Origin: Mytilus californianus
Taxonomy: Eukaryota
Assembly: GCF_021869535.1 (NCBI RefSeq)
Contig: NW_026262604.1
Coordinates: forward strand, 10,106,001-10,170,000
DNA length: 64,000 nt
Direction of reading: 5' to 3'
The notes beneath the pieces were generated by a model. That model searched no databases and was not told the origin of the DNA. It saw only the letters and a list, made by a program, of their open reading frames with translations. The position numbers and the translations under genes are program-made. This document shows positions 35,071 through 48,828 of this stretch, piece after piece. The number at the start of each line of letters is the position of its first letter. The first letter of the stretch is position 1.

Positions 35071-35567
35071 GTGGCCAAAGGAAAGCCTTTTTCAGAATAA
35101 AAGTAATGACAACACTGGAGTAACATCGCAAGATCTAAACCTTTTCATTTTCTAGAATTCTTAATAAACTCTTAATCTAAATAATACCCTGTTTTAGATG
35201 GATTAGGCTTATTTTTTAATGTCCTTTTTGGTAAGATAGCTCTTTAACTGTTTCGGTTCTTGTACATCCTTGGCTTTCAAATATTAGGCTTTGAGCGTTC
35301 CTGATGAAGGTAAATCCAGAAAAGCGCATAGAATGCATAAAATTGATAACGTGTTGTTTTAATTTTTTAGTGTTTACTATACTATTCAAATTAACAGAGT
35401 TCTCAAAAAGTGGTGGTCCGAAGGTTTTGACCAACAAAAATTGCAAAGGACCGACACAATTTTGGTATTTTGCAATAGAACCAATAATGAGGACCAGCAG
35501 ATTTTCTTCAAGGACCACCAGAGAAAAATAGATTTCGAGAACTCGGACTATTTATGGACCAACTGTT

Positions 35568-36150
35568 ATGATTTCATACTTTATACTTGACATGTATATT
35601 AACCAACACCAGAGGGTGTGTCATAATGTTTGTACATCTCCTAGGTCAAACATTAAGGTCAAAAACTTAAGTTTCAGTTGACAACCCCATGTCCTATGGT
35701 ACAGATCATGTGTGCTCTATATCTTGAGAAACGTTATGATTTCAAAGTTATACTTGACATGAATGTTAACCAACACCAGAGGGTGTGTCATAATGTTTGT
35801 ACAACTTCCTAGGTGAAAGTTCAAGAACTTTGGTTTCAGTTGACAACCAAATGTCCTATGGTAAAGATCCTGTCCGCTGTATATCTTGAGAATCGTTATG
35901 ATTTCAAAGTTTATACTTGACATGTATATTTACCAACACCAGAGGGTGTGTCATAATGTTTGTACATCTCCTAGGTCAAATATTAAGGTCAAAAACTTAA
36001 GTTTCAGTTGACAACCCCATGTCCTATGGTACAGATCATGTGTGCTCTATATCTTGAGAAACGTTATGATTTCAAAGTTATACTTGACATGAATGTTAAC
36101 CAACACTAGAGGTTGTGTCATAATGTATGTTCAACTTCCTAGGCCAAATA
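35568..36150. repeat. Satellite-like array of alternating 168/162-bp monomers (A-B-A-partial B)
   Basis: Unit starts (atgatttca) at 35568, 35736, 35898 and 36066; units 1 and 3 share gtacatctcctaggtcaaa, units 2 and 4 share caacttcctagg. Confidence 0.88.
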
Positions 36151-37077
36151 TAATTCTTTAACTAAAAAACATAGAATAAAATCACTCTCAGCACATAACG
36201 AGACTATCTAATAACTTAAAAAAGTGCTTCATATCAGCTTATCCATACAAATGTTTTACCACACGTTATTTACAGCGGGGCCCACAGAGATTGCTCCCAT
36301 CTCAATGACGTCTACTTTTTTTTCTGTTTGCATTGTGATCGTCTACAAATAGAAACGTGTATCCTTAAGGAGAATTTCGGCGTCTACACCGGTGTGCCAA
36401 AAGATAATTTCGGCATGCGCACGATGGTGCCAAAAGGGCACAACATTCGGTTTTAATATCTAAGTCATTTTTTAAAGAAACTTCATAGAAAGCAATACTG
36501 AATTTATTAACCCCCCCCTTTTCCAAAAAAAAAGAGAAAAAAAAAGAACATCAAATTTTCCCTAGCTTATCTTGGCTTATTCTTAATACACAAAAGGAAT
36601 GTGACTAATATGTACTTCTAAACTATTAAGTCTTTTCACTTTCAAATCATATAGATTAGAAATACAATTTACATATAATATCATATTTCATAATGAAACA
36701 GATAAACAAAAACAAAAAAGAAATTTGAAATGAAAAATGAAAGACTTTTATTTCAATACCAAACTTTGAGACAACCCAGAAAATACCAGATTCTTATATT
36801 TTTCAAAATTGGTCAACAAATAAACTGTTTTTACATAAAATATATGCAACACACTGAAGGTGTTTGTAATGCCAGTCATACCTATTTTTTACATATATAT
36901 TAACAATAACAAGTAACTAATTAGAAATGACTCCCAGAAAAAAAAAACTGGTGAAGAGTTGTTAAAACCAATGGTTAAAGGCTGAGTGCACACTGTACAG
37001 CGTTAACGATTCTCAAAAATATAGTTTTTTCTACTTCTAATTTATTTTTCTCAAATGTTCCTCAAACAGTAAATTTA

Positions 37078-37465
37078 AGGATGTAGTCCGGTGAAATTAA
37101 AAGAATCTGAAATTTAAAATTGATACTCAATATCAGAAGAGCATTAGTTTATTAACAAAATAATATAAAAATATTGATAGGTTATGGAAATCTTTTTTCG
37201 AGATGTTTGATTTGATAAAGAAAATGCGGGAAAAGGCTGACTTTGACTTTTACCTTATATTAAGCATTGGCCTTTTTTGGGGTCTCAAATCGTAAGAAAA
37301 GAAATCTAGAATATGCTTAAATTTTGGAATCGATCTTTTGTGAGCTATTGAACTCTTTTATGAAACGAAAATTGGGTGATATTGGTCAAAATTTTTAACC
37401 CTGTATCGTAGGAAAAACCAAGGGAGTCCGAACAAAAAATCCTTAACCTGACATGACTGCATCCT
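37078..37465. mobile_element. MITE, about 390 bp, TIR AGGATG(C/T)AGTC with TA flanks
   Basis: ttaaggatgtagtc at the left and gactgcatccttaa at the right (13/14 inverted match). Confidence 0.7.
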
Positions 37466-38089
37466 TAAGTTTAAACTCCATGATTAAATGATAATGTCCA
37501 CACTAAACGTCAAGAATGCAAAATTTCCACAAAACTGTAAAACAAAGGAACAAACATGAAAATAGTAACAAGTTAATAGTATTTGGCCATTGTGTGGTAA
37601 GCTGTAAAGCACTCAGTTTCCCAAGAGACACTTTCTTCCAATACACACGACACCATAATTTGTTTCCAGCTATGTTCGGCATAGTTTTTCGGATAGTTAG
37701 GCGCGAGAGTTTTTGTGTAACAGATTGACGACCTCTAGCACCAATGCCACAATACCAATCTATCAAACTAGATGCAATGTCGCATGAAAATTAAAGATAT
37801 GTCATTGCAAGTTTGTTTTCAATTGTTTGGTGGTCTCAATAGAAATAGTCTGTACGCATCATATTTCAAAATGTCTAGAATACACGTTTGTATCATTTTT
37901 GGTTTTTTTGGTTAAAGCAATGATACTGCACATATTGATCGGCATTATCTACCCCACCGGTGTATTTGGTGTAGTTGACTATAATTTTAGGACACGGATT
38001 ATCAACTCTTTTTGGTAAAACTGCTTATCCCCTCTAATTTCAATACCAACTGGGCGTTTAATTAAAAAAAATTGATGGAAGGCCACTCT

Positions 38090-38660
38090 TATTTTTACGT
38101 ACTGTACCGCAGATTGCGTGAAGGGAATCATGCACTCGTTAATAGACATCTGCCGATTGGGAACAAATTCCCTTTTCATTGATAAGCTGATTTATATCTA
38201 AAATATTCCTCATTTTGTACAAAACATCATATGGTGGTTCACCTAGTTGTGCAGCAGTGTTGTTATCAGCAAAGTATAAATAACGCACGATTTGCATGAA
38301 TCTGTTTCTCCCCATTCTTTTTCGAAAAATAGGAGATTCAATATTTGGATCTGTAGACCAGTACACCTTTATCTCAGGTTTTCCATCAATACCCATTAAG
38401 AAAGCTTTCATTTCAGTAAGAGATTCTGGTTTAGACAATGAAGACTTGTTCCCATCAGGGTTGTCAGTTATCTGCTGTGCAACAAACCTGTCAGTCTCAC
38501 TTATTATGTACTCAAATATAACGTTATCTGGGAAAAGTTGGTAAAATCAATTGGTCCCTTGTCTGCATTTTAAATAGAGGCTGGGCATGTTTCCCTACTA
38601 GCTGGACCTTTAGGCATGAATAAATGTGGTAAACACTTTTCATGACTTTGGAAATATTGA
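38090..38660 (-). pseudogene. piggyBac transposase N-terminal core remnant
   Basis: SETDRFVAQQ, VYWSTDP...PIFRKRMGRNRFMQIVRYLYFADN, YDVLYKMRNILD, PNRQMSINECMIPF (first catalytic D reads as N); frameshifted. Confidence 0.82.
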
Positions 38661-38685
38661 TGCCAGTAGTCAGGAACAATATCTA

Positions 38686-38860
38686 ATTAGTTATCAAAGG
38701 TACCAGGATTATAATTTAATACGCCAGACGCGCGTTTCGTCTACATAAGACTCATCAGTGACGCTCAGATCAAAATAGTTATAAAGCCAAACAAGTAAAA
38801 TGTTGTGCCAAATACGGCGATGGTAATCAAATCTAAGTCTGGCATTACCTGGGAATTGTT
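38686..38860 (+). repeat. Dispersed repeat family B fragment (tagttatcaaaggtaccaggattataatttaatacgccagacgcgcg...)
   Basis: Near-identical to 42677-42850. Confidence 0.85.
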
Positions 38861-40566
38861 TGGAAAATAGGGGCCTGCTTTTGATGCCTCCGATTCGATA
38901 CCGTAGAACTGCTTGGTCGATTTCATCGGCCTCGTGACCCAAGAATTCCTCGTCGATAGATTCAGATATTTTAATTGTATTCTTTGTTTACAGACGACAT
39001 TTTTCAATCACATGGTATACATGCATGTTTGAAAAAGGGAATCCCAATTTTTAATTGGATAATGCAAGGTCAGAGTTATTAATAAAGGGGAATATTTTAA
39101 AACACATTCCGCCGTTCATTGAAGATAGATAATAAACAAGTTTATATTGTTTTTTTCATCGTAAAATTGGGAGAAAATATGTAAATCCATGCATGATAAT
39201 ACTCTAGCTGTCAGTGGAATATATAATGTAACTTTAAATAAGTTATTAATTTGGTTGATAAAAATAGTAAATACGGTATTACGTAATTATATGCAAATGG
39301 ATTCCGAGAAAACACACTTTATCTTCTGTGTACTGGAGAACCACGTGGTAGTATGAAAACAGTGAAGTAAGTTCTTTCAATTTTCTTCAAATTGCACTTC
39401 GAGAATGATAAATTTTACTCGCACCTGCTTCGAAATTTCAAACACGTATTTCCAGTTTCAGATGATACCTAAGCTTAATTCGGAAATAATTAAGGATGGA
39501 TATTACATATAGGTGGATTACTACAACTCTTCGTGGCATTACGTCAAAAATTCTCGTTTAAAAACAGTTTTTTGTGACGGCAAATCATCAATCCCATGAT
39601 CTAAATTTAAGGTAACTATAGCAGTCGGTTTGTATTGGTATTGAAAATGGCGGCTAAACATATACACACATAAAACAATAGATTTCTGATGAACACTAAC
39701 GAAACAGTTACCAAACAATACATCTACACATGTAAAAAAGTATTTATATATAGGTTAACATAGTACGTTCTCTAAGAACGCTTTGTTTGTTTATCCAAAC
39801 CATTTCGTTCAGATTTACGGAGGATAAACGCTTGTGAAATGGCAGCAATAGACGTTCAACATTGAAATTTTTGGGTACAGGTGCATGTTATTTGTAATTG
39901 AAAACAGACATGTTACTAAAAATAATGATAACTGAATTAGTCCATAACCTGTGAAAATATCGCCAATCCAGCCTAGTCTTTTGACGTTGAATTCAGAAAT
40001 GGCGCAATGTATTCCCGCCATTTCAAATGTGTAGGCCTAATTTGAAATATCTCTTTCGAGTACGGTGACCCCACATTTTTTATCTACTTATTTTGTTTTA
40101 TTAATAACAAGAATATTCCATTGAATTCTCATCGTGATTTTTTTTTTTAAATTTGATGATTACATATTTTTTACCATAAAAATGATTATGGCATCATATA
40201 GTTATCATTTGCCCCCTTCTAGAAGACCATGCTATCAATAAAATATTTATTACAAAGTTAACACGAAAACTATTTTCATGTGATTCGGAATTTTTATAAA
40301 GTATTTAACTATCCATAACTACAAGTTTCGATTTCCAAATTATATGAAAAGATGGCGTTTGTTTAAAATTGAAAACGAGGTTGGTAACCCCAATTTTTTT
40401 ATTGGCTAATTTTATAGCCTTTACTTAGCCTAGGCAGAAGTGAAAAATTTAAAGGAGGTATTATTGGTTGATCGGAATAGAAGGATTTGTCTTTAAGTTT
40501 ACAAGCTGCTTATTTTTTTTCATTATTTCTAAATAATAATAGAATGGAACAACGTCTAATTTACAG

Positions 40567-40663
40567 GCGTCATGCAAAAGGAGAGGTGGATATCTTGTAG
40601 AAATTGAAACCAAAGCGGAAAACGACTTTATAAAGAAACTGGCACAGAAGGTCAAAAAAGCAC
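40567..40663 (+). CDS. C-type lectin gene, CTLD exon B
   Basis: Acceptor aatttacag|, donor C|gtaagc, 97 bp, phase 0 to phase 1; encodes ASCKRRGGYLVEIETKAENDFIKKLAQKVKKA, the CxxxGxxLVxIExxxENxFI helix segment; phases fit exons A and C. Confidence 0.88.
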
Positions 40664-41504
40664 GTAAGCATTTTATCAATTTACAAGTTTAGCGTTTAAA
40701 AAGTTGATGTCAGCAGTATTCACATTACAAATGAAACAGCTATCCACCGAGACCAAAGAATGAGGATGCATGTTTGTATCAAGCTGTCTTATCATCTTGT
40801 GCCCCTGGCGGTGACTTCTTGGTAAACCATTGTTAATTTATATTCAAAATGATTGTTCTGACTTAATGATCGAATAATTGATTGATTTAGATTTTCTATA
40901 TATAGTATCTTTGATTTAAATGCATACAGGGAATACCAGCCATACTTATTTTAAACTTTAGGATTTTTCCTACTCTTGTTTTTGACTTTTGTCAGATATT
41001 TGGGATTCTCTAGTTTTATGCATGTAGTGCCAATACAATTTAAGGGTTAAAAAAGCCATTTTTGAAAACTCATAAGATCTTTATAATTTTTTCATAGTTA
41101 TTGAAGAAAAATAAGTTGCAAATGTTAAATGTAGGAAAATTCTAGAGATAATCATTTCCCGCCAAATTTCAAAATTTATTATATATCAAAAAAAAGGACA
41201 CAGACCTGAAATGTTTTTCTACTTTTTTATACATGCAAACAACAAAAGGAAATTTCGAAGTTTAAAATACTCATTACTTCAGAACTGTGTGAGTCCAAAA
41301 TTCATTAACTTTCTGTTACAACAGCCAAGACGATGATATACGAGTTGATTTCCAAGCTAAATAACTCGAAGGTTCCTGACTCATTGAGTATTGATAGATT
41401 ATCGATGGTTTCTCAAACACTAGTCGGTTTCTCAGCTACGCAGGTAGGTTAATGTACTTTGAATAAAAAATGGCACTGAATATCGGTGGTTGCATCGAAA
41501 TCTA

Positions 41505-41683
41505 AATCTGACGTCATTTACCAAACTACGCGGAATCTGATTGGCTAGATTGTTTCGTCAAGGTTGAGCTTGCACATGACGTGTTACTTCATGAACACCA
41601 GCTGATCGGGCACCTTGTCATGAGTGTCTTATCACGTAAAAACACGTTTAAAAGGTGGATATTGCTATTATTTTGAGGTAAGT
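41505..41683 (+). promoter_or_regulatory. Promoter-like patch ending in a strong splice donor
   Basis: TGACGTCA (CRE-like), CTGATTGGCT (inverted CCAAT) and locally CpG-rich sequence, then GAG|GTAAGT at 41678. Confidence 0.3.
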
Positions 41684-42382
41684 TTGTTTCAAATTATTCT
41701 ATTCTTTTACTGCCAAAGGCTGTATATTTCATTTTTTGAAGAAAGATTAGACATCTATGATCTAGATCAAAATGTACCTTTCTTTAAAAAGGGGTGTTAA
41801 ATTGTACACTGGTGGTTTTTCTGGCTATTTAAAAACGGGAAGGATGAAAGGCAGTGTTTATAGAAAATGAAACTCTTATGTATTATTTTAGGCAAGTCAA
41901 AATTACTTCACTTGTGTTGAAAATAATGTTAGTGTTTATGAAAAAGTGCTATCAGACATGTCATGGTCATATTATTATGGAGGAAAACACTTCAGTATAT
42001 TTTGAGAATAAAATCTTCAAATTACTGTTAATGCACATGATTATGTCACATTTTCTCTTATGTATTTGATTTGTATAATCATATACATATTACAAACACA
42101 AAGAAGGGGGTCAAAGAAAGAAAAAGAGAAAATAGTAAAAAATATGCATGTACATTTGACAAAATTTTTACTGCATCATGGCACAGTATGTGCATATATG
42201 CCAATAGCTTGTTTGAATTTAGTAAATTATCGTAAGTAGGAATTTGATATATAAAAATAACTAGCTTTTATAACTATGTAGTATGATGTGACCATTTTTT
42301 CAAACAAAATATTAATTTCATTCATGTTATAAAATCTCATATTAACATTTTAATTCATCACTTTTTGTGTTCAGACATAGAA

Positions 42383-43361
42383 CAAAGGAGTAAGTTCAGT
42401 AAGGGCCATTGTAGGCCCCGATTATAAAGTTCAATGTTTCAAGATAAAAAATGTTTTAAGTTGACTTAAAGACATGTGAGAAAGTTAAATAGAACTATTT
42501 GTGTCGAAGTTTTCTTCTAAAGCGTTGATTTTATACATCCCAAATAGGTCAAGATAAGAGATTTTAGAGAAATTTGACAAAATCTGCCGGATTTCAACCA
42601 AATTTAGGACCAGGAAACACAGAGCGCAGGCGTCGACAAACTAAATATTCAAGTAAGACATGTACAATGTATTGACAATAGTTATCAAAGGTACCAGGAT
42701 TATAATTTAATACGCCAGACGCGCGTTTCGTCTACATACGACTCATCAGTGACGCTCAAATCAAAATAGTTATAAAGCCAAACAAGAACAAAGTTGAAGA
42801 GCATTGAGGACCCAAAATTCCAAAAAGTTGTGCCAAATACGGCTAAGGTAATCTATTCCTGGGATAAAAAAATACTTAGTTTTCCGAAAAATTCAAAGAT
42901 TTGTAACAGGAAATTTATAAAAATTACCATGTAATTGATATTCATGTCAACATCGAAGTGCTGACTACTGGGCTGGTGATACCCTCGGAGACGAAACGTC
43001 CACCAGCAGCGGCATCGACCCAGTAGTGTAAATAGTTATCAAAGGTACCAGGATTATAATTTAATACAAACATTATTTTAAAAGATCTTTTTTGTCGATG
43101 TATGCGCTCTATGTTTCCTGTCCAAAAATCAATAGATATTTACCCATTTTCATTGATTTTTTCATGGAAAATCAAAATGAGTACTATTTGTGACGTCATG
43201 AATAAAACGCAGGCACGTAAATTTTCAACAAAAAGGTTTATTTCCTATCTAGTCACTGTATTAGCTATGATTCATTGTGATATTGGTCAATAAATCCTTA
43301 TTTTGAAATTTAAGCTAAAAAAGGGGTCAATTTTTTGGGCCTTATCGAACCTACTTCTTTG
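42383..43361. mobile_element. MITE with imperfect TIRs hosting a nested family B repeat (42677-43067)
   Basis: caaaggagtaagttcagtaagggcc mirrors gggccttatcgaacctacttctttg; the nested repeat has terminal direct repeats aatagttatcaaaggtaccagg at 42677 and 43031. Confidence 0.65.
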
Positions 43362-46300
43362 ATTTATTGATTTATTATACTTAAAAAAGTTATATAAACA
43401 CATTAGTGTTATATTTATTAACTATCAAAATTGACATGAAGTCTGTCTGTTGTAACTATTTTTTCTAGTACAGATTAGGAGGACACTTTTATTTATCAAA
43501 AGACATTTTTCAACTATTTGGAGTGTAATGGGCTTGAAATATGCCAGTTATGATTGTATAGTCTTCTTCTTTTGTAGAAAGATTATCACTACACATTAGA
43601 ATGAAATTTCTAATACCCAGAGAAACATATAGTTTCCACAATGGCAAACAAGAGGTCTACATAATGTAAGCATTGATATTATTATATTTTTTGGGTGTAC
43701 ATAACTTTTATGCTTCACTCAGTTTCATTCAGTCAGTGCAGATAATGTTATAAATACAAAGCAGATTGGTGAAACAGTGATTATGTCTCAGAAAGTATCA
43801 TTTTTAGTATCATGTAGTTTAAACTATATAATAAATATTGTTATTTTAAAGAAACTTTTTAATTTGGGAATGCATTTTTAACTAAAAGGTTATATCCAAG
43901 TTAACTTTTATGCTATTTAGGAAGATAGAATTTAAAGTAAAACTTACTATTTTGTATGGATGGGGGTACTTTATTTCTGTATTCTTTAATTTTTTATGCC
44001 ATTTTTCTGTATTGTTTATACTTTTTGCCCATTATTCTATATTGTTTATATTTTAGCACCTCATTATTGTCTATTCTTTATTTTAAAATTTTTTGGTCCA
44101 TTATTCTCTACTCTGTAAACTCCACACCCTCATATATCAAGTATATTTTATCCAATAAATTTGAAAATTGCCAATACAATATTGTTAACAATTCTATTTT
44201 CAGCACTTTGGTGACTTGAAAGCAATGGTATTGTACCACACAAGCAAACTGGAAGAAAAAAAAGACTGTGCACTTCCTTTATTTTGAAAACGAAACACAA
44301 GGAAATTGTGTATCATATAAAAACTACAGAGATGATTTTGGATCTATACATGGAAAGAGAAATATATATGTGAGAATTAGTTTTTGATATATATTGTAGA
44401 AGACTGATTACTGAGCTGTGTATAAGATGATTCAAGACATGTTACATGTGAATTAAAAGGAAAATTGAGGAATAATGCAGTTTTCAGTATGACAACAAAT
44501 GAATATCAATAAGTCAATATTGTTTCTGGAAGATAAAAGACAGAGAAATAAAAATATCAAATCAGAGGAAATACTGTGTACTTGTTTCTTGTGGGGATTT
44601 ACATTCAAAAGGAGATTGTGAGATAAAAAATGTTATAATATTGTGATGTCAGATTTAAAATCTATAAGAAATGAAATGTTTATGACTATTTGTGACAATC
44701 ATTACTAAGATGTCAAAACAGACTGATAGCTTTAAATAACAATATGTAAAGCTGATTTGTGGCATACTAAAAAGTGAATTGAAAATAAACCAGTTGAAAA
44801 ACATTGAAGTCAAACAATGTTTAGTATTACAACAAATGGATATCAAACAAGGCACTAACAACTAATTGCAAATTGGTTCTGGAAGATGTAAGACAGAGAG
44901 ATTTTATAGGTTTGGATGTGATTTGGATTTATTGAAAAAAATTGTGTAGCAGGATTTAATATTTTCAAAATAAAGTGTGAGGCATCATTTATATCAGAAT
45001 TATACGAAGATTTATCAGATATCTTTATAACATTTTTGAAAAGACATTTATTATTTTACTATTCTGACATTTATACTTTATTATGAATTTAAAATTCAAA
45101 AGCTTAATTACAAACCATTGTATATAAAGATAAATAAATGTTTTAGAAATGCTCTACATTTACAGGATGACTGGGTTTTAACAAAGATTCATTCATTGTG
45201 TACAATATTTATTATTATTATTATAAATGAATCCAAAGACTTCATCAGGAAATTGATAATTGAGGACCCTTGAAATAGAATAAGTAGAAGATTTGTATCT
45301 CCATACCTTTTTTTTTTTAAGTCAGTAAGAAAGGAATTGATCAACACCTTCTACATATAAACTTTAATACTTTTTGTCATTTTAAACTATAAAACACATC
45401 AGAATGGTGTCTCAACAGTATGACACAAATTTAAAACTATGCATTACCAATACAAATCCTTTATATTGTATATTCAAGAAAGAATGCTCACATTGTGTGT
45501 TAAATATAAAAGATGAATTACCTACCCTCTTTTTTTTTTCTTTTTTTCCAGAACGTTAGGGCATGGTATTTTTTAATAATTAACTATTGTTATTGACTGC
45601 CATATATGAGTGATTTCCTAAATATGCGTTCATGACATAATCAGAAACAACAGCGCTAGCATGTTTTTATCTTTCATTTTGAAATTCCCGTAAACTAAAC
45701 TTTGGAATGTTTTATCTCGATTACCTCCCTTACGCCGATTAGTAAAGCGTTTATTTAATGGGCGTCATTTCAGACGATATTACGGACAACATACAAACGA
45801 GTAGAACAAGTTACCAACTGCAATATTATTTCAAATCCTTTGAGTTGTTTATAGAAGAATTAGTCAGCTTATTAAAAATTGCTGAACGCTTGTATAAATT
45901 TTTGGTTAGAGGTTCGAGGTTAGAGTTCTTTTACCATACAGTGAAATTTCATGGCGACATTTTTAGTATGGGAACTTGTTTTATAGGCTAAATAATATGG
46001 GAAATAAGTCATATTGTAAAATCACGTAACGACTTAGACACCTCGTGTGACAGCAGAAAATATTTTTCTGGTAGACGTATCAACATTGTGTACCACATAA
46101 AAAATTCTGGAGTTATTTTTCTTTCAAAAAAATAAATAAATAAAAAAGGGGGATGGCTAGAAAATTAATGAAATCCTGCATTAACCTACCTGCATACAAG
46201 CTCAACAAAGGGTGAGAAAAAAATTGTAATTTGAAATAAAACCATTGATAACGCTATTTGTCCGCCATTACTGGACATCACACAAGTTCCCGTAAAATTT

Positions 46301-47586
46301 TGACGTCATAATAAAAAATGTCTGACGCCACAATGGAAAAGTGATTGTTGTATGACGCCCAAAGTTTGAGCGGGACAGATTCTCGGGTCAATCGGGAATA
46401 GCGAAAAGGTGTATCTGTTCGTCGCTATTTTGCCTATGACGTCGTTGATGTTTACATTGACAACGGCACATGCGCCCTTAGTTTCTAGCGATCTTTTTTT
46501 TTTATCTCAAGCGAGTAACTTGATATGAAGAATTATCACCAAAAAAAACCATGAAAAATACACAAATCAGCGTTAATAAAAATTATCACAAAAAAGACAA
46601 AGGAAAAAAACACAAAAATAGCGATAGTTTGTGTTTGAATATCACACAATTGATGTTAGTGATATGATTCTTTTTAGGCTTAAAAGCATTTCAAGTAGTT
46701 TGATTGGCAATTCATATAGATTCTACCACTGCATCGAGTGTGATACGATATCTCTCCACTCGAGACCGTTAAATTTTCATTTTAAAACGCGAGTCTGGCA
46801 GAGCGTTTTAAATATTTGAAATTTAAATGTAGAGAGTGGAGAAATATCGTATTGCGCGAGATTTGGTTGTAGAATCTGTTTCTCTAAAGATTTTGAAAGA
46901 TGATATGCACTCAAAAATAATCCTTCTTTTCCAATGTTCTGGAAAAAAAATTGTGTTTTTTCTATGTAACGTCATCAGGCACGGTCGCCTTTTTTGGTGA
47001 AGTCATAATAGGAAGTACAGAGGAAAGCAAGAAAATTTGACGTCATAATTAAATTTTGACCAATGAAGAACTGAGACCAAACGAAGAAACAAAAACAATC
47101 AACGGATCAGGAAAAGGATACATCGGCTAAGAATTATAAGAGAAATATTTAACACAATTCTACATTCACAAAATATTAAACTGACAATAAGTAAAAAATA
47201 CTGACAAGTTTAACAAAGAAAAATGAAAAACACTACATTGGATAAAGAGGTATACATCAGAGTATTATATTAAGTACACAACACTTTGACTTTAATAGAT
47301 TTGGCTCGTTTAATTTTCATAAAAATTTGTGAAAAAATATTTACTTTGATCTGTTGACAAAAATATAAAATATCAAAGAAATTTGAACCACACAATTTAC
47401 AGGAATAGTTTCACTGGATATATAGCAGTTGGACACGCACTAATGTTGATCATTGAGAAGCTTGATTTCTTTTTACTAATAGTGTGTGATTTAAACGTTT
47501 AGCTGATTTTTAAAGAGTTATCTCCCTATGTTGTTCTGTTCCCTTTAAAATCAACAATAATTTTCTAAATTTGATTTCTTCATAAG

Positions 47587-47831
47587 CTGTTTGGTTAGGT
47601 GGTACGGACGCAGCTAAAGAAGGATACTGGGTGTGGGGATCATCTGGTAAACCATTAACTTTCGTAGATTGGAAGAAGTCTGAAAATTACAGATATGGTG
47701 ATGAACCAAATAATTATGGAGAATATGGTGAAAACTGTATGCAATTGTCCGAATATGACGACTATAATGCGTGGTACGATGTTCGGTGTCAAAGGTTTAG
47801 AGGTTTCATATGTGAAAAACGTAAGTTATAA
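47587..47831 (+). CDS. C-type lectin gene, CTLD exon C (splice donor at 47821, or read-through to TAA ending at 47831)
   Basis: Acceptor tttcttcataag|, phase 1; VWLGGTDAAKEGYWVW...FVDW...DEPNN...ENCMQL...WYDVRC...FICEK supplies the WxGxxD, EPN and WND-like motifs and three CTLD cysteines. Confidence 0.93.
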
Positions 47832-48828
47832 AATTATGTGCCAGGCGCAGATCAAGCCATTTTGAAATTTGGGGGTTGCAGCTTCTGGAACACCATGAAA
47901 CGTTTACATAATTAAAAAAATTTAAAAAAAAAAGACGGATGATTCCAACCCTCAGAACCCCCCTAGATCCGCCATTAAAAAAAATTATTGTGCCAGAATA
48001 TTTTTAAAAAATACGTAAAGTGAATGGCCAATAATTTCGTCCCCTTTCTTTTTGTATTATGTATTTTATATAATACCACATGTTTGCAAAGAAAATTATT
48101 TTGAAGGCATTTACTGTGGGATTCTGACAATCAAACCCTTTCACGGCGGGTGTATCCTGGAGGACACACAATGCGCAGGGCGGATGTATCGTGAAAGATA
48201 CACAGTGCGCAGGGCGAATTTATCCTTCAGGATACCAACATATAAACCCAATAAAAGCCGCGAGTTTACGCTATTTACCGTTCTTAAAAGTTAGAATCAA
48301 CGTTTCAATTAAAATCTACTATATCTGAAGATAGTATTTCAGTTCTTTCAGCTGCTTTAATAACATCGTAAAGGTAAATAAATCAAATCGGAAAATTTTA
48401 TTTTCTAATATTAGAACCTGAAACACGGTATACGGTTATGTGGTGTTTCAAAATGGCTCCTCTCGATAATAGTCTAGTCAATTTAGTGAACAACCTGCAA
48501 CTAATCGCAACACAAAGTTTTTTTCTGAAAAACAAGTCTGTTACTATCTATAAACAACATACTAAAACTATACAAAAATATATTTTGCGGAAAGTGGTGT
48601 AATTCATGTAAATATTTTGCAGTAAAAGTAAGGTTATATGAGTTGCTTCCCCTTATGTGCCTAAGTTGAAAAAAATAAATTAATACAAAAAATGTTCTGT
48701 ATTTTTTAAAACAATTGTAGTAATACAATACAATACATAATGATCTCAATTCAAAAGAATAAAATTACAAATGCATCACTTTCCTGTCCCAAAATTTGTA
48801 TATTTGAATAAAGATATAGACCGAGATT

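Noticed and set aside
34900-36150. Regular repeats that might resemble a CRISPR array
   Set aside because: Eukaryotic context, no unique spacers and no cas genes; ordinary minisatellite and satellite
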